The notes beneath the pieces were generated by a model. The model searched no databases. It was not told the origin of the DNA and was given only the letters and a program-made list of their open reading frames with translations. A program made the translations under genes and the position numbers. This document shows positions 19,075 to 29,693 of a stretch of DNA of 64,000 nt, in pieces (the stretch's first letter is position 1; every line of letters starts with the position of its first letter). Origin of the DNA: Nitrospirota bacterium (lineage in GTDB: Bacteria; Nitrospirota; Nitrospiria; JACRHA01); contig JACRHA010000056.1 in NCBI GenBank assembly GCA_016234185.1, positions 5,553 through 69,552 on the forward strand, written 5' to 3'.

Positions 19075-20148
19075 GACCCTGGGAATAAGATGTATTGACT
19101 GGGCCTTAACCGAGGCAGTTATCTCTGATCCCTCAGCTAAGGCAAGCTCCTGGTAAGATTGCTTCGTCACAAGTGCGGTGAGGAGAAATCCACAATCAAT
19201 TATTATCCTTACTATCGGCCCTTCGAGTGCGATCTTCCTGATCCTTCCCCTTAAGCGATTCCTCGCGCTGCTGTTTGATGCCACATCCTTTTCGAGTATT
19301 ATATCCTCGCCCCTTATGCAGACAAATACATCTCCGGATATATCTTTACTCTCTACGGAAAAAAGGCGTTCACTTGAGACATCGACCGTAACAAGGCCTT
19401 CAGATATAGCGGTCACCTTTCCGGGGACAACAGTCTCAACCCCTACAATAGAGGCAACCTTTTGGTTTACAGGCCTGTTGAATACCTCGTCAACATTACC
19501 CATCTGAAGCACCTCACCATCCGAAATGAGGATCAGCTTATCACCTAACGAGAGGGCCTCGGTCCTGTCATGTGTTACTAAGAGGGTTGTGGTCTGGAAT
19601 CCCTTTAATATAACCTTGATCTCACCCCTGATCTGCTCCCGGGCCGTTGCATCTATGGCGGAAAAAGGCTCGTCGAGAAAGAGGATCTTGGGCCTCCTTA
19701 TGAGGGTCCTGGCCAGCGCGACCCTCTGGCGCTCCCCACCAGAAAGGCTTGCTGGAAATCTATCCCTTACATCACTTAATCTCAACAGCCCGATGATATC
19801 CTCAAGCCTCTCCCTTGCCTCTTTTCTTGAGAGATTGTATGTTATATTCTTTGTAACTGTAAGGTGAGGAAAGAGGGCATAGTCCTGAAAGAGATAGCCT
19901 ACACCCCTTTTATGCGTGCAGACGGATATTCGGGCATCAGAATCAAACCAGATCTCGGAGCCGAACTGCACCCTCCCCATATCAGGTCTTTCCAGCCCGG
20001 CAAGGCACCTTAGAAGAGTCGTTTTCCCTGAACCGGATGGCCCAAAAAGTACCATAACAGATCCATCCGTATGGAAATCCAGGTCTGCACAGACTCGGAA
20101 TCCGGATGGATACCTTTTGATTATATTTGCCGCTACCTCCCTGGCCAT
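19072..20148 (-). CDS. modC: Molybdate ABC transporter ATP-binding protein ModC (with C-terminal TOBE/MOP domain)
   Basis: Walker A GPSGSGKTT, LSGGERQRVALAR, and a C-terminal MOP-like domain. Confidence 0.9.
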   Translation of the reverse strand: MAREVAANIIKRYPSGFRVCADLDFHTDGSVMVLFGPSGSGKTTLLRCLAGLERPDMGRVQFGSEIWFDSDARISVCTHKRGVGYLFQDYALFPHLTVTKNITYNLSRKEARERLEDIIGLLRLSDVRDRFPASLSGGERQRVALARTLIRRPKILFLDEPFSAIDATAREQIRGEIKVILKGFQTTTLLVTHDRTEALSLGDKLILISDGEVLQMGNVDEVFNRPVNQKVASIVGVETVVPGKVTAISEGLVTVDVSSERLFSVESKDISGDVFVCIRGEDIILEKDVASNSSARNRLRGRIRKIALEGPIVRIIIDCGFLLTALVTKQSYQELALAEGSEITASVKAQSIHLIPRV

Positions 20149-20807
20149 CCGTAGATCCTTCTTTTGTTAAAACCATACACTATGGAAAGTGTGGCAAAGG
20201 ACACAATAAGAAGGAAGAGGGCGGTCTTCCCGGCAGAGGCATAATCCAGCGCCTGCACCTTATCGTAAATATCTATCGAGGCCGTCCTGGTAACACCGGG
20301 GATATTACCCCCTACCATAAGAACCACCCCAAACTCCCCCATAGTATGTGCAAAGCTTAAGACAACACCGGTTATTAACCCTGATGTAGAAAGGGGGATC
20401 ATGATCGTGAAGAATGTCTTTAACCTTGAGGCGCCAAGTGTCCATGCCGCCTCCACCAGATGTCTATCCAGGGAATTAAAGGAGGATGTAAATGACTGGA
20501 CTGCAAAGGGGAGACTGTAAAGGACAGAAGCGATTAAAAGACCGCCAAAGGAAAATACGAGGTGTCCGCCTGTCAGGCCTTCCCATAGTCCTCCTATGGG
20601 GCTCCTTGGCCCCATTGCGACCAATATATAAAACCCGAGTACTGTTGGAGGAAGAACAAGCGGCAGGGCCACTATGGCCTCTACAAGGAACTTATATCTC
20701 CACGTTGAAAACGAGAGCCAATAGGCAATCGGAAGACCTATAATAAGTAGCGTTATTGATGTCAGGAGGGCCAGCCTTGTGGTCAATAATATAGCTTCCC
20801 AATCCAT
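20133..20807 (-). CDS. modB: Molybdate ABC transporter permease ModB
   Basis: ABC permease with an EAA-like loop. Operon context with modA and modC. Confidence 0.9.
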   Translation of the reverse strand: MDWEAILLTTRLALLTSITLLIIGLPIAYWLSFSTWRYKFLVEAIVALPLVLPPTVLGFYILVAMGPRSPIGGLWEGLTGGHLVFSFGGLLIASVLYSLPFAVQSFTSSFNSLDRHLVEAAWTLGASRLKTFFTIMIPLSTSGLITGVVLSFAHTMGEFGVVLMVGGNIPGVTRTASIDIYDKVQALDYASAGKTALFLLIVSFATLSIVYGFNKRRIYGWPGR

Positions 20808-20810
20808 TAT

Positions 20811-21701
20811 CTATCTCTCTCTCTTATCATTAGGGACAAGAAAACCATATTCCGATAATATCCTTCTCCCCTCTTTTCCCCCTAAATAACCGATAAATAC
20901 TTCTGCAAGCCGGACATTATTAGATCTGTTTATTATTGCAGCCCACTGTTCTATTCTATTATAAGAGCCTTCTGGTATCAACCAGAATCTACCAATAGCG
21001 TTCATCTTTGGAGAAAGGGCAATGGATAGGGCAATAATTCCTATATCTGCTGCTCCAGACTGGATGAACTGGGCTGTCTGGGATATATTCTCACCAAGTA
21101 TCAGTCTATCTTTTACTCTTTCATATACGCCAAGTTGTTTCATGGCCTCGACAGCAGCCCTCCCATATGGGGCATGCTGCGGATTAGCAATAGCTATCTT
21201 TTTAACAGAGGGATCAAGAAGACCCTTGATCCCTGATACATCTATGTCTATCCTTGATGCCTTAGGGACCCATAAAACTATCCTCCCGATCGCAAAAAAA
21301 GATTTTGAATCAGGGATGACAACCCCGGCTGAATCCATCTGCTCGATATAATTCGGGCTTGCTGATAAAATAATATCGAATGGCGCGCCATTTATGATCT
21401 GTGAGGCAAGATTTCCCGAAGACCCGAATATCACCTTTACCTCTACCTCGTGCCCACTATCCTTAAAACCCTTAACTATATCCGGCATGGTAAGATTTAA
21501 ATCAGAGGCAGCAGCAATTATTAATTCCCCGTTATCATGCCGATCCTGGGCATACAGTAAATCGGGAAATCTGCCAACCACAATAAGAGATAGTGTCAAC
21601 AACAGAAGGCCGGGGCTATGAAAACTTTTTATGCGACACCTTTTAAGATAAATATTAAATCTTTCGATCATAAAAAGTTTGAGTAGGTCCGGCCTTTTCA
21701 T
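20811..21701 (-). CDS. modA: Molybdate ABC transporter substrate-binding protein ModA
   Basis: Periplasmic-binding-protein fold with signal peptide. The true start may be an internal Met. Confidence 0.8.
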   Translation of the reverse strand: MKRPDLLKLFMIERFNIYLKRCRIKSFHSPGLLLLTLSLIVVGRFPDLLYAQDRHDNGELIIAAASDLNLTMPDIVKGFKDSGHEVEVKVIFGSSGNLASQIINGAPFDIILSASPNYIEQMDSAGVVIPDSKSFFAIGRIVLWVPKASRIDIDVSGIKGLLDPSVKKIAIANPQHAPYGRAAVEAMKQLGVYERVKDRLILGENISQTAQFIQSGAADIGIIALSIALSPKMNAIGRFWLIPEGSYNRIEQWAAIINRSNNVRLAEVFIGYLGGKEGRRILSEYGFLVPNDKRER

Positions 21702-22057
21702 TTGACTGTCTCTGCCTGTTTCTTCTCTTCCTCTTTCAAAAAGATCTTCAAGTCACCATACAGCGACCAGAAGAGTTTTATTGCCCGCTCACCCTCATCG
21801 GTAATAATAGCCCCTCCTCCACTTCGCCCGCCTGTCCTGGTCTCAACCAGTTTCTTTTTTGAAAGCCTGTTCATTGATTCTACAAGCTCCCAGGCACGCC
21901 TGTACGACATATCCATTGACCGTGCTGCCATGCGTATCGAGCCATATTTCTTGATCAGCTCCAACAGGATTACCCTGCCATATCCTATATATGTCTCTCC
22001 CCTATTTTCTACCCAGATCCTCCCATTTACTGTGTATCTATCCTTCGACTTCTTCAT
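21698..22057 (-). CDS. ModE N-terminal-domain-like winged-helix regulator
   Basis: YIGYGRVILLELIKKYGSIRMAARSMDMSYRRAWELV matches HTH_ModE. It overlaps the modA start (ATGA). Confidence 0.7.
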   Translation of the reverse strand: MKKSKDRYTVNGRIWVENRGETYIGYGRVILLELIKKYGSIRMAARSMDMSYRRAWELVESMNRLSKKKLVETRTGGRSGGGAIITDEGERAIKLFWSLYGDLKIFLKEEEKKQAETVK

Positions 22058-22226
22058 AAATTGTGCGTAGTATATGATAGGGAATAACGGATGTCAAGGC
22101 TGTACGGCCTGTTGTCCACCCATTGACGGACCGGTCGCCGCATGTTATTCTTAGCGTCATGCGAATATCGTATCTGTTTCTTATGTCATGCACACAGCGT
22201 CCCTTTCTTGCAAAGTCTAGCTGCTG

Positions 22227-23831
22227 ATGCGTATCTTCTTAATTCATATCCGTGATCCACAGTTTTACGCCCTGCCGGCCAAGACCCGCGCCAAGAACGG
22301 GAATATCCGGGTGATGGGCTTTCCTCCCATCGGCATCATGTCGCTCTCCGCCGTGCTCAAACGGGCAGGTCACGAGTGCGTTATGTTCGATCAGGCCAAT
22401 CCCGAAACACCCAATGACGTTATTATCGAAGAAATCCGCAAGCAGCGCCCCGCGCTTGTCGGCCTTAGTTTCCTGAGCACAACCAGTTATCCTTACGCGA
22501 AGATCCTGGCCCGTCAGATCCGCCAAGCTGATTCGAAAGTTCGGCTGGCGTTCGGCGGCGTCTTCGCCTCGCTCAACGCGCAGTTGGTCAAGCTCCAATG
22601 TCCCGAGGTCGACTTTGTCTGCCGCGGCGACGGCGAGCAGCTCATCCTGGATCTTATTGAGCGGCTTGACGCTCCCGAAACTGTGGAAAGCCTGACGTGG
22701 GCCAAGGACGGCCAGGTGGTGCAGAACCCCAACCGGACCATGGAGCGTCATCTCAATCAGTGGCCTTTTCCCGACCGTGAGGGACTGCCTCTGGACTTTA
22801 TCGAGTCGATGCCGCTTGATGTGCCGGCGGTATTGTCGATGGAGCGCTTCACGACAATGCAGACCTCCCGCGGCTGTCCATGGCCGTGTATCTTTTGCGA
22901 CATCCCGGTATTCAATGAGGGGAAGTGGCGCTCCCGCACTGCCGATCACGTAGTGGAAGAGTTTAAGCATCTCCAGAATCTCGGCTACGGGGCCGTATAT
23001 TTCGTAGACGATCACTTTCTCCTCCAGCCCAAACGGATTGAAGAAATTTGCCGGGGCATCATCGACGCCGGTTTAACGATCGAGTGGGGTGTTGAGGGGC
23101 GGGTCGACTCCGTTTGTCAGCATCTCTTCCCCATAATGGCAAAGGCGCACTGTCGAACGATCATGTTTGGAATCGAGACCGGCAGCCAGAAGGTGCTCAA
23201 TCGTCTGAATAAGGAACAGACCCTGGAAGATGTCGAATCAGCGGTGACGACCGCCAAGAAAGCAGGCATCGAGATCGTACACGGCTTCTTCGTCGTCGGT
23301 ACGCCGGACGAGACGGTGGAGGATATGCGGGCTACGTTCGACTTTGCGTCACGGCTCAGGCTCGATACCTTTGCGTTCAATCGGCTCTGCGTCTACCGCG
23401 GGACACCCCTGTGGCAGGAATATGTGAAGCGCGGCCTGGTCAACGATGTGACCGATTGGTACAAGTTTTTTAAGTGCTCGGAGATCGACCCCACCTGTCT
23501 GCCCGGTGAGGTCATCAACGCCGAGCGCACCGCCGGTATGCGCCGCCTCTTTGTCTACAAGCTGACGCATTACCCGATTCAAATCTTTACGTTGCTGCGC
23601 CGCTTCTTCCGCTATATGCCGGTGCGCGATGTGATCTATCTGATTGTCAAGCCGTTCCTCGGAAAGAAGCAGGGACAGACAAAGGCCGAGGCGCTGTCGC
23701 GCTCCGTTGAGCACGGGGCGCTCAAGGACACGGCCGCCGAGCTGACGCAGGTGTCGGATGATAAACTCGAATATGTCATCAATGAATCGAAGGCCGAGCG
23801 CCTTCGCTTTCAGCAAGAGGCGAAAAAATAG
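22227..23831 (+). CDS. B12-binding domain radical SAM protein (class B, DUF4070 C-terminus)
   Basis: N-terminal B12-binding fold, CPWPCIFCD radical SAM cysteine motif, and about 58% GC against the roughly 45% flanks. Confidence 0.85.
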   Translation: MRIFLIHIRDPQFYALPAKTRAKNGNIRVMGFPPIGIMSLSAVLKRAGHECVMFDQANPETPNDVIIEEIRKQRPALVGLSFLSTTSYPYAKILARQIRQADSKVRLAFGGVFASLNAQLVKLQCPEVDFVCRGDGEQLILDLIERLDAPETVESLTWAKDGQVVQNPNRTMERHLNQWPFPDREGLPLDFIESMPLDVPAVLSMERFTTMQTSRGCPWPCIFCDIPVFNEGKWRSRTADHVVEEFKHLQNLGYGAVYFVDDHFLLQPKRIEEICRGIIDAGLTIEWGVEGRVDSVCQHLFPIMAKAHCRTIMFGIETGSQKVLNRLNKEQTLEDVESAVTTAKKAGIEIVHGFFVVGTPDETVEDMRATFDFASRLRLDTFAFNRLCVYRGTPLWQEYVKRGLVNDVTDWYKFFKCSEIDPTCLPGEVINAERTAGMRRLFVYKLTHYPIQIFTLLRRFFRYMPVRDVIYLIVKPFLGKKQGQTKAEALSRSVEHGALKDTAAELTQVSDDKLEYVINESKAERLRFQQEAKK

Positions 23832-23989
23832 GATGTCACAGGCCAAGGCGCCTGAGGCCGATTCCTCGCATTCTATCCCTCCCTCCATTCAGCACTTCTT
23901 AAGCTGGATAGATATATAAGTAAATCCCATTCTGTTGTATAATTAAACGGATCTATATTACAAATAGACCTAAATAAGGAGACGCTTAA

Positions 23990-25243
23990 TTGAAGATATA
24001 TCTATTCCTGATACTGATAGTCATTGCATATATCCTGAAAGAGGCATTTAAATATCTCGTCATCTATATGAACCTGAATCACATGATGAGAAAAGGGGAT
24101 GTTGTACCGCCTGAATTTGATGGAAAGATCAATAAGGAAGGAATGAAAAAGGCAGGAGATTATCAGTCGGAGAGGGTCCGCTTCGGCATGATCGCATCCC
24201 TATTTAACAATATAGTCATAATCGTCTTTATCTTTGGCGGTCTTCTGAGCCTCTATAATAGATGGATCTCATCCTTAAACCTCCCCTTTATCTTTGCCGG
24301 GTGGCTCTTCTTTATCCTCCTATTCTATGCAAACGAGATCCTCTCCATCCCTTTTGGCCTATATAGCAGTTTCAAAATAGAGGCAAGGTACGGATTCAAT
24401 ACAATGACGCCCCGTCTCTGGCTCTCTGACTTTCTAAAATCGATCTCTATCTCTACTGCTATGAACTCCCTCCTGATATTGGCCGGTCTCCTCTTGATTC
24501 AATGGGCTCCCGATTCCTGGTGGATCTGGGTATGGACTTTTATTTTGGCCTACAGCATATTCATCATGTATATATCGCCATACGTGATTGAACCCTTATT
24601 TAATAAATTCGCACCCATTGATGATGAATCGCTCAGAGAAAGGATCATCAGACTGACAGATAAGGTGGGCATACATGTCGGCAGGATACTAAAGATGGAT
24701 GCCTCAAAGAGGAGCAGACATACAAACGCCTATTTCACAGGGATCGGGAAGACAAAGAGGATAGTCCTTTTTGACACCCTCCTGTCAGGCATGGATCAGG
24801 ATGAGATAATAGCTGTCCTTGCCCATGAGATTGGACACTGGAAGGGCAGGCATATCTTGAAGATGATGGTCATATCCGCTATCGTATCGCTTGTAGCCCT
24901 CTTTTTGACCTTCAGGCTGACTCAGAGTAATCTCCTTTTGAGGCTCTTTAATATCAGTACAGACACGCTCTTTGCAAAGCTGTTTATTATCTCATTCCTT
25001 GCAGGGATTGTAGCCACGCCATTAAAATGGCTTATGAGTTCCATTAGCAGAAGACATGAGAGGGAGGCCGACAGGACATCATATGAACTTACATCAGATG
25101 GTGAGAGGATGGTGAGCGCCCTTGTAAAGTTATCCAAAGAAAACCTCTCAAACCTTTATCCCCACCCCCTCTATGTCGCCATCTATTATTCCCACCCCCC
25201 TGTCCTGGAGAGGATAAGATATATAAGGGCTTTATCAGAATAA
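23990..25243 (+). CDS. M48 family (Ste24/HtpX-like) zinc metallopeptidase
   Basis: Multiple TM helices, HEIGHW HExxH motif, and a downstream glutamate. A TTG start is implied, with an AAGGAGA Shine-Dalgarno. Confidence 0.8.
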   Translation: MKIYLFLILIVIAYILKEAFKYLVIYMNLNHMMRKGDVVPPEFDGKINKEGMKKAGDYQSERVRFGMIASLFNNIVIIVFIFGGLLSLYNRWISSLNLPFIFAGWLFFILLFYANEILSIPFGLYSSFKIEARYGFNTMTPRLWLSDFLKSISISTAMNSLLILAGLLLIQWAPDSWWIWVWTFILAYSIFIMYISPYVIEPLFNKFAPIDDESLRERIIRLTDKVGIHVGRILKMDASKRSRHTNAYFTGIGKTKRIVLFDTLLSGMDQDEIIAVLAHEIGHWKGRHILKMMVISAIVSLVALFLTFRLTQSNLLLRLFNISTDTLFAKLFIISFLAGIVATPLKWLMSSISRRHEREADRTSYELTSDGERMVSALVKLSKENLSNLYPHPLYVAIYYSHPPVLERIRYIRALSE

Positions 25244-25554
25244 CATTTTTCCGCCTCAAAGGCGTGAAGCGCCCCAGAGAACGCTCCGGTTGAGCCTCGT
25301 GAGCTTTGTGAGCGCCGGACTCCAACCGGTTATTATGCGGCGTTCAATGGTGAAATACGCTCAATATGGATGATAGCCTTAAATTTGTTCTTCCTCCTGA
25401 TGTAAGTATCGCCCATCCTACAGGTATAGGCCCTTTCAGGATCGCCTCTTTTTCTATCATCTGAGACAGTCCATAATTTGACTCTGCTTAATAATATAAT
25501 ATATATTCTAACCCAATTTTCTAAATATCTAACAATAGAAATGGATTACTCAGC

Positions 25555-27324
25555 ATGGGCATAGCAATTGTACTGATTATCTTCGTGGCAGCCATAGTCC
25601 TTTTTTCCCTGGAATTATTATCCGTAGAAATCATAGGAATCTTAATAATGTCCTCCCTCGTGATAACAGGCATCCTGTCCGCACAGCAGGCATTCGCCGG
25701 GTTTGGCAATGAGATGATCATCTTCTTCGTAGGGGTCTTGATTATGGGTGGCGGAATAATAAAGACAGGCATAGCAGACAGGATCGGAGAATTGATATTA
25801 AAAATGCATGATGCCGGAGAAAGGAGCTTAATCTTCATCATCCTGGTAGTGGTTTCCGCTCTCTCTGCCTTTGTCAGTAATTTCGGGACCGTTGCAATGT
25901 TATTACCTGCCGTATTGGGGATTTCAAAACATTCAAAGGTAAGCCCGTCAAAGTTACTCATCCCCCTGGCATTCGGTTCACTCCTGGGCGGGACCTGTAC
26001 ATTAATAGGCACATCAACCAACATAGCTGTCAGCGGGGCACTGGCTCAATATAAAATGCCGCCATTTTCTATGTTTGAGCTGACACCTGTCGGCATTATA
26101 ATCGTTGGCGCCGGAATACTCTATTTCATGTTGATCGGTTATCGCCTTCTTCCGGACAGGCAGAAGGAGACGGTAATCGAAAATTATCAGTTAAGAGAGT
26201 ATCTGACAGAGCTATTAATACAGCACAATTCCCCCTTTGCAGGGAATTCTATAAAGATAAATGAGTTTAGAGAAAAATATAATATAGTTGTCGTAGGTAT
26301 ATTGAGGGACCACAGAAAGATACTTGTACCTACATCAACAGAAATTATCAAGGGCGGGGATATATTACTGGTAAAAGGCAATATAGAGAACATTAAAAGG
26401 ATGATGGTAAAAAAGGGCGTAGAGATAAAATCCGATGTAATGATTAATGATCGTGACCTTGAAGATGAAGACGTGAAGATGATTGAATTTATCCTTCCGG
26501 GCCATTCTGCATTTACAGGAAAAACACTGGAGGAGCTTAACATCCGCGAGGTATATGGTCTTAATACCCTGGCGCTCTTCAGGCATGGTGAGGCGCTGAG
26601 GGAAAAGGTCAGGGATATCCCCCTAAAGTTCGGCGATGTCCTGCTTATCATGGGAAGAAAAGAGAAGATCGACAGATTTAAGATGAACCCTGAGATTATG
26701 CTGCTTGGAGATGCTACCCCCCAAAAGGTGAGGAGAGAAAAAGGACTCCATGCTATAGCTGTCTTTGCCGGGGCAATAATAGCCGGGACCCTGAATATAA
26801 TTCCGATCTCCCTGGCCTTCCTAATAGGGGGAGTACTTATGATACTGATGCGCTGCATAGATATAGAAGATGCCTATCGCACCATTGAATGGAGACTTAT
26901 CGTCTTAATCGGCGCAATATTTTCCCTAAATGCTGCCATGGAGGTTACCGGCACTGCCCAGTTTCTGGCAAACCGGATAGTTGAACTGGTTGGTCAATAT
27001 GGACCGATGACGCTCCTTGCAGGATTCTTCCTCTTGACGCTATTTCTTACCCAGCCTATGTCCAATGTAGCCGCAGCACTATTAGTCCTCCCCCTGGCCA
27101 TCCACAGCGCAAACGATCTTGGTGTGAATCCGAGGACATTTGCAATCGGGATAACAATAGCGGCCTCCTGTTCACTTATAGCGCCCCTTGAACCTGCCTG
27201 TGTGCTGGTATATGGTCCCGGAAGGTATAAATTCTCTGATTTCATAAAGAATGGATCGATACTGGCCTTTATCATCTTTATCATCTCGATGATAGCAATA
27301 CCTATCCTCTGGCCATTCAATTAG
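25555..27324 (+). CDS. DASS/SLC13-type anion transporter with two internal TrkA-C domains
   Basis: ArsB/NhaD-like permease halves flanking two TrkA_C-like cytoplasmic domains. Confidence 0.75.
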   Translation: MGIAIVLIIFVAAIVLFSLELLSVEIIGILIMSSLVITGILSAQQAFAGFGNEMIIFFVGVLIMGGGIIKTGIADRIGELILKMHDAGERSLIFIILVVVSALSAFVSNFGTVAMLLPAVLGISKHSKVSPSKLLIPLAFGSLLGGTCTLIGTSTNIAVSGALAQYKMPPFSMFELTPVGIIIVGAGILYFMLIGYRLLPDRQKETVIENYQLREYLTELLIQHNSPFAGNSIKINEFREKYNIVVVGILRDHRKILVPTSTEIIKGGDILLVKGNIENIKRMMVKKGVEIKSDVMINDRDLEDEDVKMIEFILPGHSAFTGKTLEELNIREVYGLNTLALFRHGEALREKVRDIPLKFGDVLLIMGRKEKIDRFKMNPEIMLLGDATPQKVRREKGLHAIAVFAGAIIAGTLNIIPISLAFLIGGVLMILMRCIDIEDAYRTIEWRLIVLIGAIFSLNAAMEVTGTAQFLANRIVELVGQYGPMTLLAGFFLLTLFLTQPMSNVAAALLVLPLAIHSANDLGVNPRTFAIGITIAASCSLIAPLEPACVLVYGPGRYKFSDFIKNGSILAFIIFIISMIAIPILWPFN

Positions 27325-27330
27325 ATACCC

Positions 27331-27403
27331 AGCGAGCGGATGCGAGCGTTGAGGGGGAGGCTCCATCCGGCTTTGCCGGTGGAGGGGGCGACGCAAGCCC
27401 CTT
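27331..27403. repeat. Interspersed hairpin repeat copy (forward orientation)
   Basis: AGCGAGCGGATGCGAGCGTTGAGGGGGAGGCTCCATCCGGCTTTGCCGGTGGAGGGGGCGACGCAAGCCCCT. Confidence 0.85.
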
Positions 27404-27417
27404 TAATAGGTAAAAGA

Positions 27418-27690
27418 CTAAGCCTTGATAATTGTCCAGATCCCGATGACAATGAAGCCTATGCCTGCAACCCATGAGATCCATCTTTGGCTCATATGAC
27501 GGAAAATAAACGAGCCAGCGAGAACCCCGATCCCTGAGGCGACAACAAGGGCAAGGGCAGAACCGAGAAAGACCGACAATTTCTTGCTTTCAGGGTCTGC
27601 GGCATATAATATTGTTGCAAGCTGTGTCTTGTCTCCAACCTCTGTAAGAAAGATAGTCCAGAATGTAATCAGAACAACCCTTATATCCAC
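27418..27690 (-). CDS. UPF0016 / GDT1 (TMEM165) family cation transporter-like membrane protein
   Basis: E-x-G-D-K-T signature (TEVGDKTQ) in a 90-aa, three-TM protein. Confidence 0.7.
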   Translation of the reverse strand: MDIRVVLITFWTIFLTEVGDKTQLATILYAADPESKKLSVFLGSALALVVASGIGVLAGSFIFRHMSQRWISWVAGIGFIVIGIWTIIKA

Positions 27691-27854
27691 TTACACCTCC
27701 GGCTTTTGTCAGATTTATTCTTACCCAATGCTTACCATCCTTGATCCTTGTTTATGCCGCCCAATCTTTGCAAAGTGGATTCAGTGATCCGGTGGCTATT
27801 CATAATTATATCTTTACGATATCAACTCGACTCATTTTATGGTAAAATATATTC

Positions 27855-28058
27855 ATGTCAAAAAAGCCTCTGATAGAGACAAACCCTTACTTAAAGGACC
27901 CTGAAAAGCGAAAAGCTCTGATTTATACGACAGTTACTTCCTCAACCGCCATAGAAACAGGGCACATCGTCTCTGATTGGACAATTCAGCCATCAAAGAA
28001 ACCCAAAAAAGAGATTAACTTTGCTAAGCCTGAAGAGTCTTATCGATTACCTCGCTGA
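27855..28058 (+). CDS. Hypothetical small protein (67 aa), convergent with fic
   Basis: ORF only. It contains an ...SSTAIETG... segment reminiscent of the Fic_N SSxIEG motif. Weak. Confidence 0.2.
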   Translation: MSKKPLIETNPYLKDPEKRKALIYTTVTSSTAIETGHIVSDWTIQPSKKPKKEINFAKPEESYRLPR

Positions 28059-28665
28059 ATACCTTCTCCATCGGACTATAGTTTCGATCTAATCCAGCCC
28101 TTACTGCGACAAAATATTCCTCTCGCTTTATGCCTTTTATAATACCGGTAAAATCTAAAAACGGACCGACCTGTGCAGCCATAAGGTTTGCCAACAGGCG
28201 GGCAACACGACCATTGCCTTCACGAAAAGGATGGATGAGTATTAGTTCTGTGTGCACAATAGCCAATGCCTTTACCACCTCATTCATTGATCTAAAACGG
28301 CAAGGCGTGAATTGACGAAGAGGCCCTTTTTCAAACTCCGCCATCAGCATATGGATATGCTGTGCAGCGGCAAAAGGAAAATCTCCCTTGGTAAGATTTA
28401 CCTGCCAATACTGGCCTGCCCAAGCATAGATAGGTCTAAGCCAGATCCTATGAATGTTGCAGATATCCTCCGCAGTAAAACGATGACCCTGGCCATAAAT
28501 CTCGACTAATTCTTCGATGGCGCGGAACTGTTCTCTCTGCTCAATCTGATCCATCTCTCTTTTTGTTTTGATCCCCAACAAATTTTTGAGTACCCGTCCA
28601 CGCGATCCGGGTTCAAACTGGGCCTCCAACAGCCCAGAGGCATCATAACGTCCTGTCTTTTTCAT
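28024..28665 (-). CDS. fic: Fic/DOC family protein (type I restriction-modification-associated subtype)
   Basis: HPFREGNGRVARLLANLM Fic motif. N-terminus GLLEAQFEPGSRGRVLKNLLGI. Confidence 0.85.
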   Translation of the reverse strand: MKKTGRYDASGLLEAQFEPGSRGRVLKNLLGIKTKREMDQIEQREQFRAIEELVEIYGQGHRFTAEDICNIHRIWLRPIYAWAGQYWQVNLTKGDFPFAAAQHIHMLMAEFEKGPLRQFTPCRFRSMNEVVKALAIVHTELILIHPFREGNGRVARLLANLMAAQVGPFLDFTGIIKGIKREEYFVAVRAGLDRNYSPMEKVFSEVIDKTLQA

Positions 28666-29011
28666 CTATATTCACCGGATTGTTCTCATCCATTTTGCCC
28701 ATTTTAAGGGGTGCCATTTGCTTGAAAAAGTAGTAGACGAACCGCGGTTCATTTCCATGAAAGTCCTTGACCCAAAGAGTTGTGTCATGCGGCCAATAGT
28801 CTGACTCGATGTAGTACACGCTTCCAACCACGCCCTTACGCCCCAAAACCACACCTGGTCCACGTACTTGCGCTGTGTCGTGATAGCTCGAAATTCCTCC
28901 GGAGGATATGACAGGAATATTGCCCGAACGCTGTTCCGCTTTAGTAATGTCAATCCCACGTTGAAGCGTGGCTTGCTCACCGATGGTCGTATCACGCCAC
29001 TCACCCGCCAT
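28643..29011 (-). pseudogene. hsdS: Type I restriction-modification specificity subunit HsdS, truncated after the first target-recognition domain
   Basis: GEWRDTTIGEQATLQRGIDI...GPGVVLGRKGVVGSVYYIESDYWPHDTTLWVKDFHGNEPRFVYYFF matches an HsdS target-recognition domain. The conserved central region and second domain are missing. Confidence 0.55.
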
Positions 29012-29026
29012 ATCTCACCCTCAAAC

Positions 29027-29545
29027 TCATTTCCCTTCCTTCTCCCTATGGAAGCCAATCTGACGGCGCTTAGGATCGGGAGGAATCATAAGCTGTCGGA
29101 TGGCATCAAACACCACCTTGAACTGGGCGTCATATTTCTTCTCAATGGCATTGAGCTTTCGTGATAACTCGGCATTTGAGGCAAGCATTTGCCTGAGCCT
29201 CACAAAGGCCCGCATGATTTCTATGTTGACCTTTACAGCCCTTTCGCTGTTCAACACGCTGGAGAGCATGGCCACGCCCTGCTCTGTAAAGACATAGGGT
29301 AGGTATTTAGAATGCCCCCCTCTTTTTAAGGTGCCAAAATGGCGCCTTAAAGAGTCGTATTCTTCTTTCGATAATTGGATCATGAAATCTTCCGGGAAGC
29401 GGTCTATATTTCGTCTTACCTGCCTTTTCAGGTGCTTAACCTCAACACCATAAAGTTCGGCCAGATCGCTATCTAACATGACCTTTTCGCCCCGAATCAG
29501 CAGAATCTTCTTCTCAATCAGCTCAACTGGTATCAGCGCCTTCAT
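29027..29545 (-). CDS. ORF6N (KilA-N-related) domain DNA-binding protein
   Basis: [42 protein letters not shown] is the ORF6N signature, common in type I restriction-modification loci. Confidence 0.8.
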   Translation of the reverse strand: MKALIPVELIEKKILLIRGEKVMLDSDLAELYGVEVKHLKRQVRRNIDRFPEDFMIQLSKEEYDSLRRHFGTLKRGGHSKYLPYVFTEQGVAMLSSVLNSERAVKVNIEIMRAFVRLRQMLASNAELSRKLNAIEKKYDAQFKVVFDAIRQLMIPPDPKRRQIGFHREKEGK

Positions 29546-29693
29546 TTTGCCTCCACCTGTAATGTGCCAAATTGTGACCTCAACCTGTCAAGTCTTTTGT
29601 CCGCCATATCTCAGCACCTTTAGGTTAAAACAGATAGTGATGTCGCCCTGCCTGTGCGTCGCACGCAGGCAAGCACGCAGACAGGGTTTCCCA

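Noticed and set aside
22239-23015. 258-aa ORF on the minus strand, with others at 22514-22741, 22757-22939 and 23349-23888
   Set aside because: They are antisense to the high-GC radical SAM gene. Long open frames are expected by chance in high-GC DNA, and the plus-strand protein has clear domain signatures.
25521-26024. 167-aa minus-strand ORF, and a 223-aa ORF at 26187-26858
   Set aside because: They are antisense to the DASS/TrkA-C transporter gene, with low-complexity composition and no start context.
28672-29058. 128-aa minus-strand ORF overlapping the hsdS fragment in another frame
   Set aside because: The overlapping frame at 28643-29011 gives a clear HsdS target-recognition domain match. 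This frame has no recognisable features.
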